Below, in pieces: positions 37,782 through 48,219 of a stretch of DNA of 64,000 nucleotides (position 1 is the first letter of the stretch; the number at the start of each line of letters is the position of its first letter). Source of the DNA: Oceanispirochaeta sp. GTDB lineage: Bacteria > Spirochaetota > Spirochaetia > DSM-2461. The DNA is taken from contig CAXXXD010000004.1 in NCBI GenBank assembly GCA_963663385.2, forward strand, positions 864,001-928,000. Reading direction: 5' to 3'. The notes beneath the pieces were generated by a model. That model worked only from the letters and a program-made list of their open reading frames with translations. It did not search any database and was not told the origin of the DNA. Both the position numbers and the translations under genes were made by a program.

Positions 37782-39214
37782 CAGAAGCGGTAACCTCCCA
37801 TCATCCAGGGGTGAATACTGTCCAGATCCCCTCCCGTATATTTACTCATCCGTACATCCAGTCCGAACTCCAGGAGAATCCCGTTCCGGAACTCTTTCTG
37901 AGCACTGAAGGCCAGGGTAAAGGCATACCCGATCTCGCCCTGCAGGACTTCTCCGAAAAGTTCAGTCTCATGGATCTCAAGGTTTGTAATACCTCCGCCG
38001 AAACGGGGGAGCAGGGTCCAGTTCCTCAGCAGAGGAACTTTGTAATAGGCATGCAGCCCCGTATAGAACTGATTGTAGTAAAACTCTGCATTCTCATAAT
38101 AGAGGGATGTGAAATCCATGCCCAGTTCAATTCCCAGTGGACGCAGGCCGGGGACCCTCCAGAATACCTTGTTGGACATATCCTGACGGATTTTCAGACC
38201 GAATCCATAGGGCACGGAGCTGTAATCTCCGTATTCGGAGGATGCGCCTGATGCAAAGGTGTAGCCTCCCAGTATGGACAGCGAGTCCGATGGGGGCACT
38301 TCATGGATAATTTCCTTAAGGGGCGCTTTTTCAATTATAAAAGCCTTCTCTTTTTTCGCAACGACCCCGGAGGGATTGGTTATTTCCAGATCATAACGGC
38401 CGGGAGCCACCTCTCCCGTAATCAGGGCCAGACGGACTTCCTCTTCGCTGATCCACTCGGTCTCGTAAGGTGCTATCAGCTGATCATCCATAAAGATCCT
38501 GGCCGAAAACCCTTCTTCAAACTGCTTCCCCTTAACAATAATCTCAGGGTATACCTCTTTCTGTTCCAGTCTTTTGTAACTGACAGAACGAATCTCCGGT
38601 TCAATAACTTCCAGTACGGTAAGGACATTTATCTCCGAGGTATCCTCCAGCCCGGAGGAGTCTACAGCGCTCAGGGTGTAAACGCCGGGAGGCAGTTTGT
38701 TCATCGGGAATACCAGGGTGACCGATTCTTCCTTCAGTTCCGATTGTCTGCCCTCTGTCTTTTCTCCGCTTTCATCGGTCAGAAAAAACTTTGTATCCGG
38801 TTTTACCTGATATACTTCGGCCTGTATGGATAAAGAGCCCCCGGCTGCTTCAAATACCTCATCCGGTGTAAAGCGGCGGACAACGGGCTGAAAAGCTTCC
38901 TTGATTATCAGAGGTTTCCAGGGGGTTTCGCCTACCACTTTTTTGAATTTGTTAAGAACCACGATACTGAATTCGTACTCTCCCGGATTAAGGGAGAAGG
39001 TCAGCTCCGATTCATTTGTCTGCTGACGGAGAATCTCTTCATTTCCGCTGCGGATTATAACCTCATACCCCCAGGCGCCTTCCACATTTTCCCAGCTCAG
39101 TTCCTGTTCCACGAGTTCGTCCCTGCGGTTCTGGCTGGTTAACTGAAAAAGAGGGAAAAGGAAAAGTAAAAGGATCAGCAGCGTTATGCTTCGTTTTGTA
39201 TCTTTATCGCGCAT
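37781..39214 (-). CDS. Exported protein: FN3/IPT-like domains + C-terminal beta-barrel
   Basis: 'LSWENVEGAWGYEVII...LNPGEYEF' FN3-like; 'GRYDLEITNPSG' IPT-like; ends MGGYRF. Confidence 0.7.
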   Translation of the reverse strand: MRDKDTKRSITLLILLLFLFPLFQLTSQNRRDELVEQELSWENVEGAWGYEVIIRSGNEEILRQQTNESELTFSLNPGEYEFSIVVLNKFKKVVGETPWKPLIIKEAFQPVVRRFTPDEVFEAAGGSLSIQAEVYQVKPDTKFFLTDESGEKTEGRQSELKEESVTLVFPMNKLPPGVYTLSAVDSSGLEDTSEINVLTVLEVIEPEIRSVSYKRLEQKEVYPEIIVKGKQFEEGFSARIFMDDQLIAPYETEWISEEEVRLALITGEVAPGRYDLEITNPSGVVAKKEKAFIIEKAPLKEIIHEVPPSDSLSILGGYTFASGASSEYGDYSSVPYGFGLKIRQDMSNKVFWRVPGLRPLGIELGMDFTSLYYENAEFYYNQFYTGLHAYYKVPLLRNWTLLPRFGGGITNLEIHETELFGEVLQGEIGYAFTLAFSAQKEFRNGILLEFGLDVRMSKYTGGDLDSIHPWMMGGYRF

Positions 39215-41942
39215 ATTGCAGCTCCGGAGATAAAATTTCAGGCAGCACAGTTATTTCCGGCAGAGTAAGCTCAAAAGGTACGGTATGAAGTTCACTCTGC
39301 TGGAAAATCTCACCGTCTTTCTCTCTGAAAGCCTGGATCTCAAGGGTGTATCCTCCCACGTCCAGGTCTTCCAGCCTACTAAAAGTATACCCCGTTGCGG
39401 CAAGTTTTTCCTGATGAAAGACGAGTGAGCCGTTATCATTTCTTTTAAGTTTCAGGTCATAGTATTCCGCACGGTTGACGGGGGTCCAGCGAAAGTTCAG
39501 CTCATCTTTCTCCTGCATATCAATGACAGCTCCCGATACCGGTTCGCTTACTCCGGGGGGGGGCAGGGCGGGAATGGCTGTGATATGAAATGTGTAAAGG
39601 GATGAGGGCGGACTGTCATTGCCCTCGCTGTCCTGAGAAAGGATCTGCAGGTAGTAGGTTCCTATGGGTAGATCCGGAATCGCTCTGCTGAGCACGCCGA
39701 GCTGTTCATCCAGTACGGTCGTGGCAAATTCAGGATCCCTGGATACCCTTATCTGCTGAATCGGCAAAGGCGGTGACTGGGTCCAGCGGAAAAAGGGTTT
39801 CTGTTCCAGAATGTTAAGACGGGAAAGATCCTGTTCCTGTGCCGGGTATACCAGAACGGGTTTCGAATACCCCTGCACTTTGGAGAGGGAAAAACGTCTC
39901 AGGGCGGGATCACTGCTGTTCAGGTATTCCTCATCGATTCTGTTGAAGGCCTGAATTTTCAGGGTATAGTCGCCAACCCGCAGGCTGGATTTGTCATCAA
40001 TAATCCAGCTGGTTCCGGTGGTCTCTGTTTTCCGCAGGGTCGGAAAGTTCCTGTTGGCGGGAATCAGTTCGGCATTGTAGTATTCTCCGCCCGGTACGGG
40101 AAGCCACTGTATTTCAAGCGCATTATCCCCCACCACCGAGAGGCTGGCATCCGCCTGGGGGAGCCGGATTTCAGGCTGGTTCAGTTTATCCGCCATACGG
40201 AAAGGGGTTTGTTCGCTTTTTATCACCGTATTGCCATCCCTGTCCAGAACCCCGACCTGCCAGTAATAGTTACCGGCTCCCGGGAGGGGAAGAGAAGAGG
40301 GGGTACTGAGGACCTGCTGGGTCATAAGGGGAACCAGTGCATTATCCTCGCGGAATATCTGAATCTCGTAGGGACCTTCCAGGCTGCTGTCCCAGGAAAA
40401 GGGGGTACGGTCATAGGACTCCACAATCAGCATACTGTCTCTTGCCGGTTTTTCCGGTTCTATATAGATCCGGGCGGCAAGGATATCGAAATCCCTGATT
40501 TCGGAGGGAGGGACGGCTTTATTCTCTTTATCCAGCCCATCTACCTGCCAGTAGTAGCGACCCTGTTCCGGCAGGGTATTCATCAGATAAGTGTTTTTGT
40601 TAAGCCATTGGTCAACAATCAGATTGGTTAGTTCGGGATCCCCGGCAATCATCAGGTGATAACTGCCTATCTCCCTGTCCGTCTTCCAGCTGAAACGGAG
40701 TCCTTCCCTGGATTTCAGGGGATTAATCTGTTCCCTGTCCGCCGGAAGAATCAGAGTCGGCGGTTCCACGGTTTCATTCAGTTCTACCCGAAACCGCCTG
40801 ATATCAGCTTGCGCATAGGCTATCTTGGTTGCCGTATTGTACTCGGGAATAACCCTCCAGTAATACTCTCCGGCGGGGACTTCCCGTACGGTCTGAAAGT
40901 TGTTGCCGCTGACCAGGTCTGTCAGCATATCTGTAAATCCCGCATCCCGTGCAACCTGAAGACGGGATGAGTTGGAAAGGCCGGACGATTCCCAGGAGAA
41001 GGCCATATCCGGAAGGGTTTTTCTGTATTGAAACACTTCATCCATCTGCGGAACCTGCAGAGACGGAGCGCTGTCCCGAATCAGGACCACCCTGTTGGCC
41101 GGGCTGAAGTAGGGGGTGCCGTCTCCGTAATTACCCTTGATTCGCCAGAAGTAGGTTCCGGGAAGGACCGCCCTGCTGAATTCGGAACGGCCGGGATCCG
41201 GTGTCAGCCTTTCTGCAGAGCGGAAATCGCTCTGTTCTGCGATTTCCAGTACAAGATTCTCAAGCGGGAGAATTTGCTCCCACTTAAAATTGACGGGGAC
41301 GGAAGCGGATGTGGTCATTAATAGCCTGTTGTTGGCCGGGTACTTCAGTGTTACAGCTTCCTGTTCCACCGTGATTTCATCTTCGATGCTGGCACGGTAA
41401 TTTTCTTTGATGCTTTGGGTTTTATTCCCTACGGTTACATCGATAGCTCCCTCATCCACCGAAAGGTTTATAGCCTCGCCTTTACTCTTATCCAGGGTTA
41501 CGCTGGCACTATCCAGAGAAATCACTGTATCCTCTGCTTTAATATTAAGGGTGGAATCTCCTTTTCCGCTCCTTTCGGCGGAAATGTTACCTCCAAGGAA
41601 TTCAATGCTCTTTTCTTCCTCACCCCATTCCAGAACAATATAGGTATTGGCTGCCAGGGTGATTTCCGTTCCGTCAATCAGTTTGATGACCGCTTCGGAG
41701 TCTTCAATTGTCCGGAGGCTGTCATAATTGTAGAGGGGGGCGCTTGTTTCCAGCTCTCCCCAAACAGCCCTGTCCGAAAATTTCCTCTGGGCGCTGTTGC
41801 TGATAAATGTAATCTCTCCGATTACTTCGCCGCCTTCGTTGGATATCTGGCTGTTCAGATCCCTGTAAAATTCCAGACCGGCCCAGGCAAAGGCGTAGAG
41901 AAGAAGGCCCGTTATGAAAAAATCCCTAATCCATGATTTCAT
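39204..41942 (-). CDS. FecR-domain protein with multiple FN3-like repeats
   Basis: N-terminal TM; FecR-like 'DSLRT..SEAVIKLIDGTEITLAANT'; repeated 'P.L..P...F.W...G.YYW.V' units; start at ATG 41942 (or 41972). Confidence 0.8.
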   Translation of the reverse strand: MKSWIRDFFITGLLLYAFAWAGLEFYRDLNSQISNEGGEVIGEITFISNSAQRKFSDRAVWGELETSAPLYNYDSLRTIEDSEAVIKLIDGTEITLAANTYIVLEWGEEEKSIEFLGGNISAERSGKGDSTLNIKAEDTVISLDSASVTLDKSKGEAINLSVDEGAIDVTVGNKTQSIKENYRASIEDEITVEQEAVTLKYPANNRLLMTTSASVPVNFKWEQILPLENLVLEIAEQSDFRSAERLTPDPGRSEFSRAVLPGTYFWRIKGNYGDGTPYFSPANRVVLIRDSAPSLQVPQMDEVFQYRKTLPDMAFSWESSGLSNSSRLQVARDAGFTDMLTDLVSGNNFQTVREVPAGEYYWRVIPEYNTATKIAYAQADIRRFRVELNETVEPPTLILPADREQINPLKSREGLRFSWKTDREIGSYHLMIAGDPELTNLIVDQWLNKNTYLMNTLPEQGRYYWQVDGLDKENKAVPPSEIRDFDILAARIYIEPEKPARDSMLIVESYDRTPFSWDSSLEGPYEIQIFREDNALVPLMTQQVLSTPSSLPLPGAGNYYWQVGVLDRDGNTVIKSEQTPFRMADKLNQPEIRLPQADASLSVVGDNALEIQWLPVPGGEYYNAELIPANRNFPTLRKTETTGTSWIIDDKSSLRVGDYTLKIQAFNRIDEEYLNSSDPALRRFSLSKVQGYSKPVLVYPAQEQDLSRLNILEQKPFFRWTQSPPLPIQQIRVSRDPEFATTVLDEQLGVLSRAIPDLPIGTYYLQILSQDSEGNDSPPSSLYTFHITAIPALPPPGVSEPVSGAVIDMQEKDELNFRWTPVNRAEYYDLKLKRNDNGSLVFHQEKLAATGYTFSRLEDLDVGGYTLEIQAFREKDGEIFQQSELHTVPFELTLPEITVLPEILSPELQYAR

Positions 41943-44778
41943 ACTTAACTTCTTCTTTCTCCGTATTAACATCAGCGATATTGTCGAAATTTCCTGTTAT
42001 TCCAACCCTTTCCCGCAGTTCTTTCAGTGATTTGGGGCGGTCCGGATCATCCAGCCGTCCCAGAACCGCGTAGATCTGCTGAGGTTCCGACTTCCCTTTA
42101 ACCTTGATCTTGTTCATGGGAACCAGGTCGAATATCCCTTCGACCACGTCCGCAGTTCCCTGGGAAATAAGCAGATCCGTACCCATGGGTTTATTCAGGG
42201 CTTCAATTCGGGAAGCCAGGTTTACGGCATCTCCAATTACAGTATACTCCATCCTTTCATTTGAACCGATCTGGCCGGCCAGAACGTCCCCGCTGTTCAG
42301 TCCGCATCCAACCTTGATTATCGGTTTCCTGTCGCCTCCGCGGCCCTGGTTGAATTTCCTCAGGGCCGTCCGCATCATAAGAGCGCCGTTTATCGCATTT
42401 TCCGCATCGTTCCCATGGGAAATGGGAGTCCCCCATACAGCCATAATAGCATCGCCGATATACTTGTCCACCACGCCGTGCGTCCGGTTGACGCAGTCAA
42501 CCATAAGGGTCATATACTCATTCAGGAATGTAACCACTTCGCTTGGAGTCAGTTTTTCCGATATGGCTGTAAATGAACGGATATCTGAAAAGAATATGGT
42601 GGCCGGTTTGATCTCCCCGCCCAGCTGGATCTCACCCCGTTCAGCCAGTTCGGCCATCTCCCTGTTAACGAAACGGCCAAAGGCATCCTTGATCCTCTCT
42701 TTTTCTTCCAGCCCCATCCCCATGTTGACAAAAGCCCTTGTGAGGACACCGATCTCATCCTGGGTTCTGGGTTTTAAGAGGAGATTGTAATCCCCGTCTT
42801 CGATTTTCTTTGTGGCCGATACCAGTTTTCTGATGGGATTGGAGAGTGATTTGGAGTAGAAGTAGATGATCAGTATGGCCATGGCCACAAACATGATCAT
42901 CAGCAGGATATTCCGCCGCTGGATCCTGTAAATCCCTTCAAAAGCCAGTTTCTCGGGAACCGTGGTAATTACACCCAGCCGGCCGAAAGCTATTTTCTTG
43001 TAGGAACCCAGATAGAATTCATCCTGCTCCTGTTCAAAACGGATCTGACCGTTATTTACGGCAGAGGAAAAAAGCTCCTGTACAATGGGAAGGTCACCCA
43101 TATTGATCCCGGAGGTTACAACTGTCGTATCAGGATGGGCAATAAGGTACCCCTCCGAGTCGACGATGAATGTGTCGGTGATGCCCCGGGACTGGACGGC
43201 TTTCTGAAGGGACTGCCTTATATCCGTCAGTATCAGAAGGGTTTTTATGCCCTTTTCCTGTTTATAGGGAATGGTCATACCCAGCATGGGGATGCCAAAG
43301 TAGGTGGAGACGTTAAATACCGACGGTGTTCCGCCTCCGGCCAGTCGTATCTGTTCGGGGTAGTCCTCCAGTATTCCCTTGATAAACTCTTCTGATATTC
43401 CCAGTTCTCCCATCAGGCTGCTGTTAAAGAACATTCGTTCTTCACCGGCTATACCTACAAAGAGGATATTTTTTTCGCTGCGGAAGAAGTAGTTCATATA
43501 GTTCTGTTCTTCCGGTGTTTCACCATAGCCGGCGCCCAGGAGCAGCAGGGAGGCGCTATTCCCTATTTTCAGCAAATTCTCTTCAGTCTGGGACGCTATG
43601 GTTTCAGACAGCTTCAGATTGCTTTCCTCCACTCGAACCTGGCTGTCCTGAAGGAAAAAGAGGGTCGCCAGCATAATCATCCCCATCAGGGCCGCCACAA
43701 TAATCAGTGATGTGATGATACTCATCTTTATCCCTATCGGGTAGCGGATAACAGTGCCCGGTTCCGGTTTTATCCGCTTATCAATCTCTATTTCTTCAGC
43801 AGATTCTTCTATCTGCGGTTCTATGGTTTTCCTGGGACTGCTTCTGTCTATCCCGAGATTTTCAATGGCCACAGCGGATTCCGGGTTAAACAGAATGGTG
43901 TCCGTTTCAATGCGTTTTTCCTCTTCCGGGTTGTAGGAGATGATCTTTTCGGGAGGTTCCGCCTGAGTTACCAGTGAAATGGTCTGGTCCGGAGCTGAGA
44001 GTACCGACAGAATCCGGACAGGTATCTTCTGGGAGGTCCAGAACTCCTCAGGGGTCTCCCGGGTTTTCATAATAAAGTAATAGGGTAGAAGCGGGCTCTT
44101 TTCTTCCTGATCCGTCGGGAATTCCAGGGCTCCGTGAAACTGCAGGATCCGATCGCTTTTCCACTGTCTGATATGGGCTATCAGGGCAAGGGGATCATCC
44201 ATTGCTGTCAGATCTACATAACTCAGGGAGAGATACTCGCCTCTTCCTGCCATACGGAGTACAGGATCGGGGATGGTAAAATCCAGCTGCCCCCCGACGG
44301 TTCTGTTCATGCTTATGGGTCGGATGGGGAAGCGTTCGGGAAGGACAAAACCGGCCCGGCCAAACAGGCCGGTAACCCACTGGACCGCTTTGTCATTGAT
44401 GTTTTCCACTGCCGGGTAGATAATCTGCCGGGAAGGGGTAACAAAAGATCCGAATTCATCGGCCAGGGAGATGTTGTCCCGGAGCTGACGGATCTGCTTC
44501 ATCAGAGTCAGGAGCAGGGATCTGTCATTTCTGTCGAATCCCCTGCTGGCTGTTCCCCGTTTGGATACCAGCTGTCCTCCCAGGTACGCCAGGCGTGCCA
44601 TGGTCATGAGATTCAGAAACCCCGCCATATGATAGAGACCGGAGAATTGATGAATCAATCCCGGTACGGCCTGGGACTTCTGATTGAGGGCGGATCTGGT
44701 CAGAGATTCAATCTCCTCTATTTGCTGATCCAGTACGTTCAGGTACTTTTTATAATAGTCAGTCGTATTCTGAGGCAT
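41926..44778 (-). CDS. Class III adenylate cyclase (N-terminal cytoplasmic extension, TM-Cache-like-TM, HAMP, catalytic domain)
   Basis: FFSDIRSFT, VDKYIGDAIM, YTVIGDAVNLASRIE, VKGK; K and T substrate residues indicate ATP specificity. Confidence 0.92.
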   Translation of the reverse strand: MPQNTTDYYKKYLNVLDQQIEEIESLTRSALNQKSQAVPGLIHQFSGLYHMAGFLNLMTMARLAYLGGQLVSKRGTASRGFDRNDRSLLLTLMKQIRQLRDNISLADEFGSFVTPSRQIIYPAVENINDKAVQWVTGLFGRAGFVLPERFPIRPISMNRTVGGQLDFTIPDPVLRMAGRGEYLSLSYVDLTAMDDPLALIAHIRQWKSDRILQFHGALEFPTDQEEKSPLLPYYFIMKTRETPEEFWTSQKIPVRILSVLSAPDQTISLVTQAEPPEKIISYNPEEEKRIETDTILFNPESAVAIENLGIDRSSPRKTIEPQIEESAEEIEIDKRIKPEPGTVIRYPIGIKMSIITSLIIVAALMGMIMLATLFFLQDSQVRVEESNLKLSETIASQTEENLLKIGNSASLLLLGAGYGETPEEQNYMNYFFRSEKNILFVGIAGEERMFFNSSLMGELGISEEFIKGILEDYPEQIRLAGGGTPSVFNVSTYFGIPMLGMTIPYKQEKGIKTLLILTDIRQSLQKAVQSRGITDTFIVDSEGYLIAHPDTTVVTSGINMGDLPIVQELFSSAVNNGQIRFEQEQDEFYLGSYKKIAFGRLGVITTVPEKLAFEGIYRIQRRNILLMIMFVAMAILIIYFYSKSLSNPIRKLVSATKKIEDGDYNLLLKPRTQDEIGVLTRAFVNMGMGLEEKERIKDAFGRFVNREMAELAERGEIQLGGEIKPATIFFSDIRSFTAISEKLTPSEVVTFLNEYMTLMVDCVNRTHGVVDKYIGDAIMAVWGTPISHGNDAENAINGALMMRTALRKFNQGRGGDRKPIIKVGCGLNSGDVLAGQIGSNERMEYTVIGDAVNLASRIEALNKPMGTDLLISQGTADVVEGIFDLVPMNKIKVKGKSEPQQIYAVLGRLDDPDRPKSLKELRERVGITGNFDNIADVNTEKEEVKYEIMD

Positions 44779-45031
44779 GCCTTTTCTCCGTTGGGGCTGC
44801 GGTTTCTCCCGGTTTCTCTCATCTTATTATCTGCTTTTTTTAATGAAAGGATTAGCCTTTTCTGGGATGGAACGGGTTTTCAGGCTGAGAAATCGTCCCG
44901 GCGGGTTTATACTAGAAGTAAAGGCTTGTAAAAAAGCTGAACAGGATGACGGGCTCTGCCGATAATCACCATAATGTATGGTATGCAGAGCGGCATACCA
45001 TACATCACAGACAGGGGGAGGTTTGAGAGGT

Positions 45032-45379
45032 TTGAAGTATTACGGGAAGATTCTGTTTCGCAGTTTGATCCTCTGTATTATTCTTACAGCGATTTCAGCC
45101 TGTTATGACCGCTATCCCTATTTTATACAGGTTCCCGAATTTTCCCTGTCCTATCCGGAAGACGGGTCGGCCGGGGTTGTGATCACTATTTCAACCCCCG
45201 ATGAAAAGAACCTGATCCGTTATACCACCGACGGCAGTATGCCTTCGGAATCAGAGGGATTCCTTTATGAAAATCCCGTCAGTTTAACAACGGCAACAAC
45301 CCTGCGGGCCGTTGCCTACCGGGAAGGGTATCCGGCAGGACCTGTAACAGAGTATTACTATGATCCCCAGAATGATTAA
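45032..45379 (+). CDS. Lipoprotein with chitobiase/beta-hexosaminidase C-terminal (Fn3-associated) domain
   Basis: ISA-C lipobox; IRYTTDGSMP...TTLRAVAY; start uncertain (TTG 45023/45032 after GGAGG). Confidence 0.7.
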   Translation: MKYYGKILFRSLILCIILTAISACYDRYPYFIQVPEFSLSYPEDGSAGVVITISTPDEKNLIRYTTDGSMPSESEGFLYENPVSLTTATTLRAVAYREGYPAGPVTEYYYDPQND

Positions 45380-46796
45380 GCGATTTTTTCTTTACATACT
45401 GGCAGCTCTGCTGCTTTTCTCCTGTCCCAGTCCTGTCAGTAAATCAGATGACAGCAGTGATGAGGATGATAAAACCGCAGACGCCATATTTGAATCCTTT
45501 TATCTGGCACCGCAATTCAACACAAGCCTGGATGAGACTGTTATCGGTGAGATAGGTGAGGATTCGATTCTCCTTGTCGTACCCGGATCGGCGGACAACA
45601 CCATGTTTATTGTCTCTTATGATACAGATGCCGTAACGGTTACAGTAGATGGAAATGTTCAGACAAGCGGAAACTCCTCTCAGGATTTTTCCGGTTCCGT
45701 CGAATATTCTCTGACATCCGAATCGGGTAATGTTCACACCTATACGGTTAGCATGATTCATACAGGAGAGTGGAACCATATGGAAGGTTCCCCCGTAGGC
45801 ATGGGTTCTCTGCCGCAGATTGGATTCCTGCACGGGATCTTCCCCGAATTAATCTATCTGGACAGCGTGTCCACCCAGCTGCGGAGTCTCTACTTCAATG
45901 CTTTTGACAGCAGTTTCTGGGTCCCCTTTTCGGGGACGGGGCATTTCGGGGTGCCCAGTATTACACAGTATTCAAGTCGTAACGCTGACGGACCGGTATG
46001 GGCCGCCTATATCAATAACGCCCTTCCGGATTCTCTTCAGCTCTACAAATTCGATTCAGGGAGCGGCTGGATGGATGTTGCGCCCATGCCTTTGGTTATC
46101 ACCGGTCCGGCTGACAGTCTGAACCTCTTTTCCGCCTATCATGATTCAGTCTGTCTGAGTCTGATAAACGGTGCGGATTCCCTGAAAAGGGCGGAACTCT
46201 GGCAGTTTAACGGAGCCTGGTCCCAGATCGGCGGGGGGGCCCTGTCCGATGATACGGCTGTTTCTCTGTGTGCCGCAGAACTGAACACCGGAATCTGGGC
46301 TGCCGCCACCTATGAAGAGTATCCGGACAGCCTCTATCTCTATCAGTACAATTATGGTACGGGAATCTGGTCATTCGAAACGGTCGCCCTGTCCTCCTAT
46401 CTGGTTCACAGCCTTTTTCAGAACGAAGACACGGGCCAGCCTCTGCTGGTTGCCAGCTGTGTGAACGGGGAGGATCCCTCTCAAGTTGATATCAAATGGT
46501 TATCCTGGGACCCTGAAAACAGCGGGTTTACCGACTTTGTCTCTCCTCTGACACTGCCTGCGGCATTAACTGATCCTCTGGATCCGGTTTTTTACGACAA
46601 TACCCCCCTTATCGCCACTTCAGGTTCTGTTTATGAGTATATTAACGAAGGGTGGCGCGAACTGGGCGGTGAAGCCTACTGTGACCCCCCCGCAAGTTCT
46701 TTTTCCGTTGCAGCAGCTTCCGAAGGAATCCGCTTTGTCTCATACCAGGATTCTGATACCTTAGAGATTAGAATAAAAATGGTTGAGTTGGAGTAG
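45372..46796 (+). CDS. Hypothetical lipoprotein (Ig-like N-terminal domain + putative beta-propeller)
   Basis: LLFS-C lipobox; 'QTSG....DFSGSVEYSLTSESG..TYTV' Ig-like motif; W-rich repeats. Confidence 0.7.
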   Translation: MIKRFFLYILAALLLFSCPSPVSKSDDSSDEDDKTADAIFESFYLAPQFNTSLDETVIGEIGEDSILLVVPGSADNTMFIVSYDTDAVTVTVDGNVQTSGNSSQDFSGSVEYSLTSESGNVHTYTVSMIHTGEWNHMEGSPVGMGSLPQIGFLHGIFPELIYLDSVSTQLRSLYFNAFDSSFWVPFSGTGHFGVPSITQYSSRNADGPVWAAYINNALPDSLQLYKFDSGSGWMDVAPMPLVITGPADSLNLFSAYHDSVCLSLINGADSLKRAELWQFNGAWSQIGGGALSDDTAVSLCAAELNTGIWAAATYEEYPDSLYLYQYNYGTGIWSFETVALSSYLVHSLFQNEDTGQPLLVASCVNGEDPSQVDIKWLSWDPENSGFTDFVSPLTLPAALTDPLDPVFYDNTPLIATSGSVYEYINEGWRELGGEAYCDPPASSFSVAAASEGIRFVSYQDSDTLEIRIKMVELE

Positions 46797-46851
46797 AGCA
46801 GGAAAGGGCTTTATGCTATCCTAGGCAAAACCCGTTCATCAGGAGATAATT

Positions 46852-48219
46852 ATGAGTAAACTCTGGCAGAAAAACTATGAGCTGAATGAGCTGATTGAAG
46901 AGTTTACCGTAGGGATTGATTATATTCTGGATCAGAAACTGATTCCCTCGGACTGTGTGGCCAGTCTGGCACACGCGACTATGCTTACATCCATAGGTAT
47001 CCTCACGGAGGATGAGAAATTGTCTCTTGCCGCAGGTCTGCGGCAGATCCTGAAAGAACACCGCAACGGGAACTTTCCCATCCTCCGGTCCGATGAGGAC
47101 GGTCATACGGCTATTGAAAACCGTCTGGTGGATCTGGCAGGGGAGGCCGGGAAAAAAATCCATACAGGCCGCAGCCGGAACGACCAGGTGGTTACAGCCA
47201 CCCGGGTATACGCCCGTTCCCGGGTCCTGCAGCTGATCCGTCAGGGAGGAATCCTGACCCGTTCCCTGCTGACTCTGGCCGAAACTCATAAAAACACACC
47301 CATGCCGGGCCGGACCCATATGCAGATTGCCATGCCCTCATCGGTTGGACTCTGGGCAGCCAGTTTTGCCGAAGAGATGCTGGACAGCCTGCGTCTGTTA
47401 ACCGCGGCCTGGGAGATCCTGGATCAGAATCCTCTGGGAGCCGCCGCCAGTTATGGAGTCCCCCTTAAGCTGGACCGGGCCATGACAGCCCGTCTTATGG
47501 GTTTCTCCCGGGTTCAGAATAACGTGCTGTATGTCAATAACTCCCGGGGCAGGATGGAGCTGATGGTTCTGGATATTCTGGACCAGATGGCTCTGGGCAT
47601 GAGCAAGATGGCCCAGGACCTGATCCTGTTTTCTCTCCCCGAATTCGGGTATTTCAGTCTCCCCATGGAGCTGTGCAGCGGGTCCAGTATTATGCCCCAG
47701 AAGAAGAATCCCGACGGTCTGGAGCTTATGAGAGCCAAAGCCGGAACAATCAGCGCCTGCGGGACTCAAATCAGAAATATCCTGCGCTCCCTCCCATCCG
47801 GCTATAACCGGGATTTTCAGGAAACAAAAGAGCCTTTTATAAAGGGATGCGATATAACCCTCCAGTGCCTGAGGGTTATGACCCTGACATTCGACAAGCT
47901 TCAGGTAAATCCCGAAAAACTGAAGGAAGGGTTTTCTACAGATATATACGCAACCGATGTCGCTTTGAATCTGGTGGCCGGCGGAATGAGCTTCCGGGAT
48001 GCCTACAGGGAAGTGGGGCTGAACCTTGATAAGCTGGGGCAGCAGAATCCGGATGAGTCCATCACATCCCGGACATACCCCGGGACAACGGGCAATCTGG
48101 CGCTGGAACAGGCGGAAGCTTCTCTGGAAGAGCTGATGAAAACCTGTGAGTCCAGAGAAGAGCATATTGCTGCTGCTGTGAAATCTCTTATGGGAGAGGA
48201 TGTCTCTCTTATTCTTTAG
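46852..48219 (+). CDS. argH: Argininosuccinate lyase
   Basis: KLW, HTGRSRNDQV, MPGRTHMQ, signature GSSIMPQKKNPD. Confidence 0.95.
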   Translation: MSKLWQKNYELNELIEEFTVGIDYILDQKLIPSDCVASLAHATMLTSIGILTEDEKLSLAAGLRQILKEHRNGNFPILRSDEDGHTAIENRLVDLAGEAGKKIHTGRSRNDQVVTATRVYARSRVLQLIRQGGILTRSLLTLAETHKNTPMPGRTHMQIAMPSSVGLWAASFAEEMLDSLRLLTAAWEILDQNPLGAAASYGVPLKLDRAMTARLMGFSRVQNNVLYVNNSRGRMELMVLDILDQMALGMSKMAQDLILFSLPEFGYFSLPMELCSGSSIMPQKKNPDGLELMRAKAGTISACGTQIRNILRSLPSGYNRDFQETKEPFIKGCDITLQCLRVMTLTFDKLQVNPEKLKEGFSTDIYATDVALNLVAGGMSFRDAYREVGLNLDKLGQQNPDESITSRTYPGTTGNLALEQAEASLEELMKTCESREEHIAAAVKSLMGEDVSLIL

